Program-made: the position numbers and the translations under genes
Shown here: piece after piece, positions 18,303 through 28,846 of the stretch
How the letters are laid out: the number at the start of each line of letters is the position of its first letter
Numbering within the stretch: the first letter of the stretch is position 1
Source: Candidatus Kuenenia stuttgartensis
GTDB taxonomy: Bacteria; Planctomycetota; Brocadiia; Brocadiales; Brocadiaceae
Direction: 5' to 3'
Length of the DNA stretch: 32,000 nt
NCBI RefSeq assembly: GCF_900232105.1
Contig: NZ_LT934425.1
Span: forward strand, 3,720,001 to 3,752,000
The notes under the pieces: model-generated
The model's input: only the letters and a program-made list of their open reading frames with translations
The model's database searches: none
Told to the model about the DNA's origin: nothing

Positions 18303-18682
18303 TTAAACCGTCTTGTTTTTTTCATCAACGCTCAATCTGTCTAGCTTTTTTTTAAGCCATTCGTTCTCCACCTTCAATTGCCCTATTTGCCGGTACAACT
18401 CATCTATTACCTTCTTCTTTTCTCCGATAGTCTTCGCCTCCTTTCCCTGAAATATCCCTCCTAATCCTTCTATCGCTCGTTTCCGCCACTTTGCTATTTG
18501 TGTCTTATGGACTTCGTACTGTGATGACAATTCTGCCAGCGTCTTTTCCTCCCTGATTGCATCCAATGCCACCTTTGCCATGTATTCTGCATCAAAACTC
18601 TTTCTCATTTTTCAGACCTCCCTTTCCATTACCTATCTTACCAAAAAAGCATCTTAACTACTGGTCTGAAAAAGCCCGTCCA
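18303..18682 (-). mobile_element. Partial IS3-family element carrying only orfA
   Basis: ORF 18303..18608 MRKSFDAEYMAKVALDAIREEKTLAELSSQYEVHKTQIAKWRKRAIEGL...ENEWLKKKLDRLS (HTH_Tnp_1); outer end TGGACGGGCTTTTTCAG at 18682; no orfB follows. Confidence 0.85.
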
Positions 18683-18759
18683 TTATAAAATAAATAAATA
18701 AAGAAATTAATTTTCCATCAAGACACAGGCCAAAGGAGATGTATAGGATTAAAAAATAT

Positions 18760-20790
18760 CTATTCATGGTTTAGATATTTTTTGATTTTTTTAATTAAAC
18801 AAAGCAATGCATCTACAAAACAGCAATAAATGGTCTTGACAAACCCATCCGCCGCACAAATAATTTTCTTTTCTTTATAAAAATGCTCCCATTGCCGCAA
18901 TTTTCTCTTACATCTTAATTCGCGGATACATACACCAAGTTTCGCACCGGCAGAACCATCCAGAAGATCAAGAATGTAAGGGCGCTTGAAACATTTATAG
19001 AAAAAAGCAGCAATTCCCTTTCGAATTCTTTTATAGTGGCGTTGACGTATATAAGTGCGGTTAGTATTTATAAGTGCTTTTATACCTGAAAAAAAATCAA
19101 CAGAAATTAGAACACGAGCTGCCGCATCAGCGGCGTTCCAGCTTTGACAATAACATGCTTGTTTATAGACTTCTTGTATTTTGTTAACAGCTATTTTTTT
19201 GCCTTGCAATCGTTCAATGTCTAAAATAATAATTTCACTCAAAAACCCATCTTCGAAGGAATCATATTCAGCAGATTCAGAACTAAGGCGAGAGAAATCG
19301 CTAAATATTTTTTCAAAATTGGTTTGTTTCTCAATAACGTGTTCTTTTTTCAAGCGTTTGCAATGAGGAGTATTGCTTCGTATTATATCACGTGCTATCT
19401 CAAGATAAAGGCGTGTTATAATTGCCAATTCTCTTCTGTCAAGTAGCAATGGAGGATCAAGAACAATTGGTTCTAGAGTTTTTATTGCATCGTCCAATTT
19501 TCCAAGGCGCCAATAAGTAAAGCCTTTTAGACAAGTGATTTTTGAGGACTCATTGTTAAGATTGTCGTTTACGTTAATTTTTTCTAAATATTGCATTGCA
19601 GAGCAATAGGCAGATACACTTAAAAGAGCATTTGCTATATCCCAATATAGTAGTGGCGTAAGTTTTGTTATAGTATTTTTACTACTATTATAGGATAATT
19701 CGCGTATATATTGAATATGCAAGGAAGGCCATCCTGCAATAACCCCTGGCCCTTTATCAAACATAATATAAGTAGAGTTTCTAAGATTTTCTAAAGAAAT
19801 TTCACTGAACCAATCTTTAAAGTTTTTTTCCCACTCAGGATTTTGGGAATTTGTGCTACGTTTCCATCCATATTCAGCACCTAATTTGAGTAACCAATTA
19901 TCTTTTGTATCTTCAGATGTAAGATTAGTTCTAATCCAATATTTAGTGAAATCTGGTGGTCTCTCACCTTTTTTTACAACCCAGATTAATTTCGCACAAG
20001 TATTATTTAAGTTTCTTAAGTGAGGCGAAATATCAATATCGCCATATCCACTGTAGCCGACGACAAGAACTACTTTATTATTAAGCAGTTTTTCGATATA
20101 GTTGTACTCTTCAAGATATTTTCCTTTTATTAAAGCAGGAGAAGTTGCTTTGATCTTACCCTGAAAAACATCTCCATGAAGCTTAAGTATGTATGGTTCG
20201 TTTTCTAAATTATTTAATGGTTGAGAATGAATTAATAATCGGATGCTATTGTTACACAATTCAATGGCATTATCAAAATTAGTTGTAATAACAGCGCTTG
20301 CCTTCTTTTTCTCAAGTAGAAAGCTAATCGCCGAATGGTTTGAGTTAAATTGTTTTTCTTTGCATTTAAATACAGCTCTTATTAAAGAATCAATAACACT
20401 TGGCTTTTCTTTCGATGGTTGTTCAAACGCATTAATAGAGGAATCTGGAGAACCAACGTCTTTTGAAATAAAGGAAACTTGAATACGATATAAAAGATCT
20501 TCGAATTTAGTATTTATACGAAGAGAAACATATACTCCTTCCGCTAATTCATACGAGTACTTGGCTAACAATCTATCATAGTATGAAGGTGATTTTTCTG
20601 CATCTTCTAATTCTAAAAATAGTTTTAAATTATAAAAGAAGTGCTTTGAAAAGTCAGAAACTGATGGTAGAAAATTTTTTTCAATCCCATTTCCTAACAA
20701 AGAAATTCCGCAACCACAAAAAATGACAAAAGAATCACCAAGCTCATTTCTTAGTTTATTGAATGAGTTTAATTCTATTGCATATGTCAA
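18760..20790 (-). CDS. SIR2-like domain protein with C-terminal helical/TPR-like region; candidate anti-phage NADase effector
   Basis: VIFCGCGIS, SAVITTNFDNAIE, PYILKLHGD, VLVVGYSGYGDIDISP motifs; C-terminal repeats such as CLKGFTYWRLGKLDDAIKTLEPI. Confidence 0.8.
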   Translation of the reverse strand: MTYAIELNSFNKLRNELGDSFVIFCGCGISLLGNGIEKNFLPSVSDFSKHFFYNLKLFLELEDAEKSPSYYDRLLAKYSYELAEGVYVSLRINTKFEDLLYRIQVSFISKDVGSPDSSINAFEQPSKEKPSVIDSLIRAVFKCKEKQFNSNHSAISFLLEKKKASAVITTNFDNAIELCNNSIRLLIHSQPLNNLENEPYILKLHGDVFQGKIKATSPALIKGKYLEEYNYIEKLLNNKVVLVVGYSGYGDIDISPHLRNLNNTCAKLIWVVKKGERPPDFTKYWIRTNLTSEDTKDNWLLKLGAEYGWKRSTNSQNPEWEKNFKDWFSEISLENLRNSTYIMFDKGPGVIAGWPSLHIQYIRELSYNSSKNTITKLTPLLYWDIANALLSVSAYCSAMQYLEKINVNDNLNNESSKITCLKGFTYWRLGKLDDAIKTLEPIVLDPPLLLDRRELAIITRLYLEIARDIIRSNTPHCKRLKKEHVIEKQTNFEKIFSDFSRLSSESAEYDSFEDGFLSEIIILDIERLQGKKIAVNKIQEVYKQACYCQSWNAADAAARVLISVDFFSGIKALINTNRTYIRQRHYKRIRKGIAAFFYKCFKRPYILDLLDGSAGAKLGVCIRELRCKRKLRQWEHFYKEKKIICAADGFVKTIYCCFVDALLCLIKKIKKYLNHE

Positions 20791-21168
20791 ATTTAAAATA
20801 GCTCCTCAAGAAATATTTTTAAACAAAAAAATAAAAGTAGAATTAGCAATAAATATTTTAATTAACAATTAAAATATACCAAATTATATTGATATTTACT
20901 TCTATAGCATTTGTATCTGTTTGAATTTGTAAATATGAAATATTAAAAGTTCTTAAGTCATTGATATTGGGCTGGTTTCCCGCTTTTCCTTGAAAATTAA
21001 GATATTGTTGGCATACATCAATTCTATCATTTTTGATTGATTTTAGCACGAAATTAGCACGCACATCGAACAACCATGACGCTGTCAAAGTTTTCCATAA
21101 GCACATAAAATACAAAGATATGTAAAAAAACGTGGACATTCCCCCTAAAATATTTTATATTATAGGGC

Positions 21169-22928
21169 ATGAACCAGCATACAACACCAATCGATAACAC
21201 ACACAACGAACTACTTCATTCAATTACCGTTCGTCCTGTTTCACAAAACGACCAGGCAAATTGGGACACACTGATGCGCCAGCATCATTACCTTGGATTT
21301 CGTTCTCTCGTAGGAGAATCAATTCGCTACGTAGCGGAATCACAGGGACAATGGCTTGCCTTGATCGGCTGGGCTGCCGCAGCATTAAAATGTACCGTTC
21401 GCGATAAGTGGATTGGATGGCCGCCATTTTTAAAATCGCAACGACTGAAACTCATAGCAAACAACTCACGTTTCCTGATCCTTCCTCAGATACACGTACC
21501 AAACCTTGCCTCCCGTATTCTTTCTCTTAACCTTAAGCGCTTATCACAAGACTGGACTAAGGTCTATGGGCATCCAATCTGGCTTGTGGAGACCTTTGTC
21601 GATCCTCGTTTTTTTAAAGGCGTCTGCTATAAGGCCGCAGGATGGATTTTTTTAGGACATTCAACCGGTTTTGCCAGATCATCACAAGGCTATCTTCTGC
21701 ACAATAAGCCAAAGATGGTCTTTGTTCGCTCATTGAAAGCACAAGTCCAAAAACAACTTAACAACCTTAATCTTACCATACAATTAAGAAAGGAGACAAA
21801 GCCTATGAAATTATCTTTAAAAGATGCGGAATTTCTTGACGAATTATTGCAGCAAATCCCTGAACATCGCATGCCCAGAGGCGTTCGCCACAGGAAACGT
21901 TCTATCCTGGCAATTTCTATCTGTGCTATCATCTGCAATGCCTGGAGCTTTGCCGCCATTGCAGAGTGGGCAAAGCGTTGTCCGCAAAATATGCTAAAAC
22001 GTCTCTCCTGCCGTTATAATACAAAAACGAAACGATACGAACCACCGAGTGAACCTACCATCAGGCGTTTCTTACAGCAGGTGGATGCAGAAGCAGTTGA
22101 TAAAGTCCTCTCGCGTTGGTTTCAATCTGTAGGTGATAAAAGCCTGCCCATTGCGGTTGACGGGAAAACCCTTTGCGGTGCAAGACAGCCTGACGGCAAA
22201 CAGGTACATTTGCTTGCCGCTTTTCTTCATAAACAGGGTATAGTTCTCGCACAAACTCAGGTAGACCGCAAAACAAACGAAATACCGATGGTTCCGGTAT
22301 TGTTTGATGATTTAGACATAAAAGACCGTGTCGTTACTTTCGATGCCTTACATGCGCAAAAGGAAACCGCCCGTTATCTGGTAGAAGACAAAAAGGCAGA
22401 ATATATATTCACGGTGAAAGATAATCAAAAAACCATAAAACAAGCCATCTAGGAACTGAATCTCAGTTCTTTTCCCCCCCTCAGCACGAAACAATTGAAA
22501 AAGGCCATGGCCGCATTGAAATCCGCAGGATTTGGACCAGCACCGAATTAAACGAATAACTTGATTTCCCCTACGTTAAGCAGGTATTTTGCATTCATAG
22601 AATATTTACAAAAGTCAAGACCGGCAAAAAGACCGAGGAAATTGTTTACGGTATTACCAGCCTGACACAACAAAAAGCAAGTCCCAAAACCATTCTTAAG
22701 TTTTCCCGCGGACACTGGTCAATAGAAAATGGACTTCATTATGTGCGTGATACCTCCTTCCGTGAAGACCATTCTCAAATACGCACACAAAATGCCCCAA
22801 GGGCAATGGCTTCTTTGAAGAACCTTGTGGTTGGGCTGTTTCATTTTCTCAATGTACCAAATATTGCAAAGACGCTCAGAAATTTTGCGGCAAGACCTTT
22901 TCTTGCACTTCAAATGCTTCGCTTGTAA
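21169..22928 (+). pseudogene. DruA/DUF4338-like domain fused to ISAs1-family transposase, interrupted by two stops and a frameshift
   Basis: N-terminal HHYLGFRSLVGESIRYVAES...LALIGWAAAALKCTVRDKWIGW...NNSRFLILPQIHVPNLASRILSLNLKRLSQDW...ETFVDPRFFKGVCYKAAGW; C-terminal HRKRSILAISICAIICNAWSFAAIAEWAKR, AVDGKTLCGARQPDG, FTVKDNQKT; remainder ETIEKGHGRIEIRRIW...FSRGHWSIENGLHYVRDTSFREDHSQIRTQNAPRAMASLKNLVVGL readable in another frame to 22928. Confidence 0.88.
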
Positions 22929-23170
22929 TGTAGAGAACAAAAAAAAGCCTTTATTTTTTTACTATCTCTTTCGTTACCACAGGGATACTCCCGTTACATT
23001 TTGCTTGTTTTGCTCATTTCTGCAGATTTATATGGGAATTCTATCGTTTTTTACTTTCTTCTCCACTTATTGACGGGAGCTTTTGGCACAAATTCTTGAT
23101 CCGCGTCTTTCGTAGGGTGACTTTGACGTTGCCGTGAATTAAGTATGGTGTCCCTTGAATTATCTCTGAA

Positions 23171-23497
23171 TTATCCTTTTTTATTTTGTATAATATCGTC
23201 TGCCCAGCTTAATGCAGCAACAACGTTCGGAAATCCAATGGTACTGGTGACGAGAATCATTGTATGATATATCTCCTCCGGTGTTACCCCTGCTTCAAGT
23301 GCCCTTCTTACATGACTATGAACAGCGCCCTCGGAGCGTTCAGTTGCAGCAGTTGCAAGTTGAATTAGTTGTGCAGTCTTTTCGTCCAGGGGACCCTCCT
23401 GTTTAACAACCTTGCCAAGCTCCTCAACGGCATCGAAATATTTTTCATGTCGTTTTTTAATTTGAAGAAACTGTTTAGGTAATTTTTCCTTTGCCAT
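23171..23497 (-). CDS. Carboxymuconolactone decarboxylase/AhpD-like family protein
   Basis: AVEELGKVVKQEGPLDEKTAQLIQLATAATERSEGAVHSHVRRALEAGVTPEEIYHTMILVTSTIGFPNVVAAL; start at MAKEKLPKQF preferred over the upstream one. Confidence 0.85.
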   Translation of the reverse strand: MAKEKLPKQFLQIKKRHEKYFDAVEELGKVVKQEGPLDEKTAQLIQLATAATERSEGAVHSHVRRALEAGVTPEEIYHTMILVTSTIGFPNVVAALSWADDIIQNKKG

Positions 23498-23705
23498 ACT
23501 ACACTCCTTTTCAATAAGCAATTATACTGATTATAATTTACGGTGGGTAAGTACTGTATTTTATCATACTGTTGTTAAAAAAAGGATGATAAATATTATT
23601 GAGTTATGTTGTTATTGATTTTTATAAGGAAAAATCCTATTGATCCAAGTTCAACAAGTAAAAACCATATCTTTTGTAACACCAATAAGTTGCAATTTTA
23701 GTACT

Positions 23706-23981
23706 TCATTTTTCTACACTACATCTTTGAGTTTTAATAGGTGATTTTATATATTTTCTGCCTGGCGGTGTATGTTTCATATGAAGATTATTATAAATCA
23801 TGTGTTGCTCTTCCGTGGGTGTTGTGCAGGTTCTGACATCAATAACGTGGCCATCCTCTGTGTTCATGGTAGTTGTTACCCTTATGTGTGTAGCAAGGAT
23901 ATTACAGATCGTATTCCACGTATGATGAATCCCCACGGTTCTTAGCTTCTTTAATATCCCGGCAGGCATATGATAGGCCAA
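23706..23981 (-). pseudogene. C-terminal fragment of an IS1634/IS4-superfamily-like transposase
   Basis: AGILKKLRTVGIHHTWNTICNILATHIRVTTTMNTEDGHVIDVRTCTTPTEEQHMIYNNL resembles the conserved C-terminal tail of these transposases. Confidence 0.6.
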
Positions 23982-23986
23982 TACCG

Positions 23987-24232
23987 TTATATGCGCATGG
24001 GCAATGGTTGAGGAGGGGTCTCAAAGATATAGGAGTAAATGCACTTCTGCTTTAAGAGACATTCATCGCATTCTTTGCTCTTGATTACGCATACTACAAG
24101 TCTAAAGGCATATCCAAAGCCGCCGCAGAATACGGCGCCTTTATATGCGGGAAAGCGTATTTGGTATTTAGCGCAGATGGTGAACCTGAATCTTACAGCC
24201 CGAAACCTTTCGAACATAGAAATTCCGATCAA
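23987..24232 (-). pseudogene. cas6: N-terminal fragment of a Cas6-type RAMP endoribonuclease
   Basis: FRFTICAKYQIRFPAYKGAVFCGGFGYAFRLVVCVIKSKECDECLLKQKCIYSYIFETPP resembles the N-terminal RAMP region (PxYKGxxxRGxFGxAxR...C..C.L...C.YxYxFETPPP). Confidence 0.6.
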
Positions 24233-24245
24233 GGTTAGATGCTGG

Positions 24246-24402
24246 GTAACCTCTCAATAAGTTGAGGTTTTTATAATAGTTTCTACAGTCTACAGCCTAC
24301 AGTCTACAGTCTGCAATTTGCCGATTGCCGATTGCTGACAGCACAGTATTCCCTATTAATGAAGTAAGGGGGGGTGTTTACCTCAACTTATTGAGAAGTT
24401 AC
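24246..24402. repeat. 157-bp MITE-like segment with 23-bp terminal inverted repeats
   Basis: GTAACCTCTCAATAAGTTGAGGT (24246-24268) matches 22/23 the reverse complement of ACCTCAACTTATTGAGAAGTTAC (24380-24402). Confidence 0.75.
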
Positions 24403-25076
24403 GATGCCAGAAGAGGTGGAACTTTTTGAAGAACAGCCTGCCGATACTATATGAATGCCAGTGTAAGAAAGCAAATGAAAAATAGAGGGACGAAGGAGGA
24501 GAGAACAGGAGGTGGGAGAGGGATCCGTTAACTTTGCAGAATGAGTCTGTTTTTCGTTTCATCGCGTAATAAGCTTTGCAAAAATATGCCAATCCCTTTC
24601 GTCCAACATTTTAAATGTTTCGTTGTTAATATACCTACACTTCAATGCAAACTCCAACCCTGTTTATGTTTCTGCCGCTTCTTATTCTGCAAGCGGTTAA
24701 TTTATTAACAAATACCGCCTTATATCTACATTTTATCACGCCTTCAGCAAGATTAACGCATGCTGACCCTGAAGACCTGCTGTGTAGGGGGGATTAAGCG
24801 GCAGCGAATCCACCACAATAAAGACAGGGAATCCCAGCTATATCATATACACTTCTTTAGGGTAATTCTCTTGTCCTGAATTTATAGACTTTTATAACAA
24901 CAAATGATTCATGGTCACACCTGAGTAGTACCGTACTCTGAATGAAACAAAATCAAAAACCATTGGACAGAATAAAAACAAAAAACCCTCCCGCATGCCT
25001 TGATAATACGACCGGAATAAAGACTCTTTGTAAGGAACGAAAATATATCAAAACACTTGAAAAGGTTATGGGAAAA

Positions 25077-26321
25077 TCATGACATGTTAGCGATTATTCT
25101 GTCTGCGAACTCTGAACATTTCAGCAATTGAGCGCCGTCCATTTGCCGTTCCAAATCATAGGTTACCGTTTTTTGCCGAATGGTTTTTTCTAATGCCGTT
25201 ATAATTAACATTGCCGCTTTATCCCATCCAAGGTGTTCAAACATCATAACTCCTGATAAAATTACTGAGCCTGGATTAACAATATCCTTTCCGGCATATT
25301 TTGGCGCAGTACCATGTGTCGCTTCGAAGATTGCCGCATTATCGCCAATATTGGCGCCCGGCGCCATGCCTAATCCGCCAACCTGTGCCGCGCAGGCATC
25401 GGAGATATAATCGCCGTTTAAATTCGGAGTGGCAATAACACTATATTCATCTGGCCGAAGGAGTACTTGCTGGAACATTGCATCTGCAATTCTATCTTTT
25501 ATCACTACCTTGTTTTTGGGTGCTTTACCGTTATATTTTTTTTGTACTTCTTCTTCAGTTATTACCGATTTAGAGAATTCTTCTCTGGCGACTTCATATC
25601 CCCATTCACAAAAGGCGCCCTCAGTGTACTTCATGATGTTGCCTTTATGCATCAGGGTTACACTGCATAGCTTTTTATCAATGGCATACTGAATTGCACG
25701 CCTTACTAACCTCTTTGTGCCTGTCACACTTATCGGCTTAATGCCAATGCCGGAATCTTTTCTGATTTTTACCCGGAACTCTTTTTCTATAAAGGCGATG
25801 AGTTTTTTTGCATCGGGAGACCCTTTTTTGTATTCGATACCCGCATAAACATCCTCGGTGTTTTCACGAAAAATGATGACGTTTAATTTTTCCGGTGATT
25901 TAACAGGACTGGGAACACCTTCAAAATAGCGGACAGGACGGACACAGGCATATAAATCGAGTTCCTGGCGAAGTGTGACATTGAGGCTTCGGATTCCACC
26001 TCCAACGGGTGTCGTAAGAGGCCCCTTGATTGCTACCTTGTATTTTTTTATTGCTTTTAAGGTTTCTCCGGGCAACCATTCACCACATTCGTTAAAGGTC
26101 TTTTCTCCTGCCAGTACTTCCAACCAGTGAACCCTTTTTTTGTTTTTATAGGCAATGCTTACTGCCGCATCAAACACCCGTACCGAAGCGTTCCAGATAT
26201 CAGGGCCTGTGCCGTCTCCGCTGATAAACGGAATAATAGGATCATTCGGTACAACCAAATGAGTTTTTTCTTTTGTTATAGCGCTACCTTCCTTTGACAG
26301 TTTTTGTGTTTTTGTTACCAA
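25077..26321 (-). CDS. icd: NADP-type isocitrate dehydrogenase
   Basis: [112 protein letters not shown]. Confidence 0.97.
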   Translation of the reverse strand: MVTKTQKLSKEGSAITKEKTHLVVPNDPIIPFISGDGTGPDIWNASVRVFDAAVSIAYKNKKRVHWLEVLAGEKTFNECGEWLPGETLKAIKKYKVAIKGPLTTPVGGGIRSLNVTLRQELDLYACVRPVRYFEGVPSPVKSPEKLNVIIFRENTEDVYAGIEYKKGSPDAKKLIAFIEKEFRVKIRKDSGIGIKPISVTGTKRLVRRAIQYAIDKKLCSVTLMHKGNIMKYTEGAFCEWGYEVAREEFSKSVITEEEVQKKYNGKAPKNKVVIKDRIADAMFQQVLLRPDEYSVIATPNLNGDYISDACAAQVGGLGMAPGANIGDNAAIFEATHGTAPKYAGKDIVNPGSVILSGVMMFEHLGWDKAAMLIITALEKTIRQKTVTYDLERQMDGAQLLKCSEFADRIIANMS

Positions 26322-26750
26322 GACGAACCCTCCTGTAAATTTGTTCAGTTTTGCAGCAGTTTATAAAAGGCTTTATAGTACATTCATAAGAAGATAAATT
26401 CAATTTAATAGTAACAGGAATTTAGTAAGGCGTCTTGTTATGGGTTCATTGCTTAAATGTTCCTTGCGTGGCTGTATTTTTATGGTACTGATATCCCTGA
26501 GACAACCCCGATATTCATTCATAGTTATTTTTTTAATTTTAATAAAGACTTAACGGGTTGTGCCTGCAAGAAATATTGTATAAATTGGATATTTTGGGCA
26601 TAAGATGTGTGGATAGCTTTTTTTACCTATTAAGGAAATAATATTATTGACAATGTAATTTGTGTCTGCTACCATGATTCACCTTTAGGTGTGCAGTAGA
26701 TTAAGGTATTTTTAGGGCTTTACAGAGAAAATATTATAAGGAGGACTAGG

Positions 26751-27011
26751 TTGAACGACGAAGAGATTGAAAAAGGTGTAACCTCAATAGTTGCAGAGGT
26801 TACAGAGCTGGATGAAAAAGAGATCTGGGAGAAAAGGGATGCGAATTTTTTTCAGGACCTTGAAATTGATTCTCTTCTGGCGCTTGAGATTTTAGCGCTT
26901 ATAGAAAAAAAATTTAAAGTGCAAATTCCAGAAGAAAAACTTGTAGATATTACTTCTTTGAGCGCCACGATTGGTTTAACAAAATCGGTTTTGGCAGAGA
27001 GTGGGAAGTAA
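26751..27011 (+). CDS. Acyl carrier protein
   Basis: FFQDLEIDSLLALEILALIEKKFKVQIPEE; phosphopantetheine-attachment DSL motif. Confidence 0.88.
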   Translation: MNDEEIEKGVTSIVAEVTELDEKEIWEKRDANFFQDLEIDSLLALEILALIEKKFKVQIPEEKLVDITSLSATIGLTKSVLAESGK

Positions 27012-27059
27012 ATTGGTTATTCGAAAATCATTGTGCAATGAAAGAAAGAGATATTCAAC

Positions 27060-27509
27060 ATGATACTTTTTGAGGAAATACGATCTCTTCTTCCTCAAAA
27101 ATATCCTTTCATATTTATTGATAGAGCGATTGAGTTTGAAGAAAGCAAGAGAATCGTATGCGTAAAAAACATTTCCGGTAATGAACCTGTCTTTGTAGGA
27201 CATTTCCCTGATTTTGCCATAATGCCTGGTGTTTTAATCATTGAGGCGATGGCGCAAGCTTCAATAATCTTGTTCAGAAAGAGTCTTCCTTCCAGAAACG
27301 ATGAAGATGCTGTTTTTTTATTGGCATCAGTCAATAATGCCAGATTTACAAAACCCGTCGTTCCCGGTGATCAGCTTACCATAGAAGTGATTGTTGAAAA
27401 GATTGTTTCAAGAGGTGCTATAGTTCAGTCTGTTGTGAAAGTTCAGGAAAAGGTCGTTGCTAAAGCAGCTTTGACTTTTGGTATTGTGGAAAAGAGTTCG
27501 TTGGTTTAA
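27060..27509 (+). CDS. FabZ-like 3-hydroxyacyl-ACP dehydratase
   Basis: LLPQKYPFIFIDRA, ISGNEPVFVGHFPDFAIMPGVLIIEAMAQASI (catalytic His and Glu retained). Confidence 0.9.
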   Translation: MILFEEIRSLLPQKYPFIFIDRAIEFEESKRIVCVKNISGNEPVFVGHFPDFAIMPGVLIIEAMAQASIILFRKSLPSRNDEDAVFLLASVNNARFTKPVVPGDQLTIEVIVEKIVSRGAIVQSVVKVQEKVVAKAALTFGIVEKSSLV

Positions 27510-27527
27510 TTAAAATAGCATTAATAT

Positions 27528-28748
27528 ATGGATAAACGAGTCGTTATAACTGGTGTTGGGATGATAACTCCCATTGGTTCGGGGAAAGATGTTTTTTGGA
27601 ACGCCCTTACCGCCGGGGAATCGGGCGTATCTGAAGTGTCATGTATAGATACTTCAGGATACAGAGTACACAAAGGGTGCGAGGTCAAGAATTTTAATTA
27701 TTCAGATTATATTAAAAATGGTGTCTTAAAAGAGATAGGCAAGGGTTCGCAATTTGCTATAGCGGCTACGAAACTTGCGTTAGATGATGCTAAAATGGAT
27801 TTGTCTAAAATTGAATTGGAACGAATGGGGGTGTCTGTCGGGACAACTGCCGGTGAAATACAAATCTTAGAGAAAGTAAATTATATCAGACATAGAGACG
27901 GGGAGGACAAAGTAGCCCCTGATTTGTTTTTAATGCATCCCTGTAACAATATCCCTGCTAACATTGCAATTGAATTTGGTTTGAAAGGCCCCAATACGAT
28001 AATACCCACTGCGTGTGCAGCGGGGAATTATGCTATTGGTTATGCTTACGATTTAATTAGATTTGGAAGAGTAGATGTTATGGTTGCGGGGGGTTCTGAT
28101 CCTTTTTCGAAAGTGGCTTTTACCGGTTTTGCCCGTTTAGGTGCTATAGCGCCAGAAATTTGTCAGCCTTTTGATAAAAATAGAAAGGGCATGATGGTTG
28201 GTGAAGGTGCGGGAATGCTTGTTTTGGAGTCGCTGGAGTCTGCGGAGAAAAGAAACGCTAATGTTTATGCTGAGATTATTGGTTACGGTTTGAGTTGCGA
28301 TGCTTACCATATTACCATACCACATCCGGATGGCGAAGGTGTTATTTCTGCAATGATAAAAGCATTAAAGAGCGCAAACCTCAGGCCTGAAGATGTTCAA
28401 TACATAAGCGCTCATGGTACCGGCACTCCTGCAAATGATAAGGCGGAAACTATTTCAATAAAAAAGGTCTTTGGAGAAAAACCTGAACATCTGGCAATTA
28501 GTTCAATAAAATCGATGATAGGGCATACAATGGGTGCTGCCAGTGTTATAGAAGCAATTGCTTGCGCCTTAGCGGTGCAAAACGACATTATTCCTCCTAC
28601 TATAAATTATGTTACGCCTGATCCTGAATGTGATTTGGATTATGTGCCCAATGTCATGAGAAAACAAGAGGTAAACATTGCGTTGAACAATGCTCATGCC
28701 TTTGGGGGCAATAACAGTTGTCTGGTAATAAAGAAATTTACCAATTAG
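27528..28748 (+). CDS. Beta-ketoacyl-ACP synthase, FabF type, catalytic triad intact
   Basis: [12 protein letters not shown] (Cys), [15 protein letters not shown] (His), [14 protein letters not shown] (His). Confidence 0.93.
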   Translation: MDKRVVITGVGMITPIGSGKDVFWNALTAGESGVSEVSCIDTSGYRVHKGCEVKNFNYSDYIKNGVLKEIGKGSQFAIAATKLALDDAKMDLSKIELERMGVSVGTTAGEIQILEKVNYIRHRDGEDKVAPDLFLMHPCNNIPANIAIEFGLKGPNTIIPTACAAGNYAIGYAYDLIRFGRVDVMVAGGSDPFSKVAFTGFARLGAIAPEICQPFDKNRKGMMVGEGAGMLVLESLESAEKRNANVYAEIIGYGLSCDAYHITIPHPDGEGVISAMIKALKSANLRPEDVQYISAHGTGTPANDKAETISIKKVFGEKPEHLAISSIKSMIGHTMGAASVIEAIACALAVQNDIIPPTINYVTPDPECDLDYVPNVMRKQEVNIALNNAHAFGGNNSCLVIKKFTN

Positions 28749-28846
28749 AATGTTTGTAAAGAAAATTTATTTTAAAAATAATTGAAATAATTATATTTAA
28801 GAACGATATTTCCAAAGTTGAAGCGTATAAAATAAGAGGTTTATAA

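Noticed and set aside
20858-21139. 93-aa minus-strand ORF between the SIR2 and DruA-ISAs1 genes
   Set aside because: AT-rich, no motif; possibly IS-flank debris. Not counted as a partner of the SIR2 gene.
24280-24360. Short CTACAG / GCCGATT tandem repeats near the cas6-like fragment, considered as CRISPR array remnant
   Set aside because: Units are 7-10 bp with no spacers; similar text occurs at about 12930. Not CRISPR-like.
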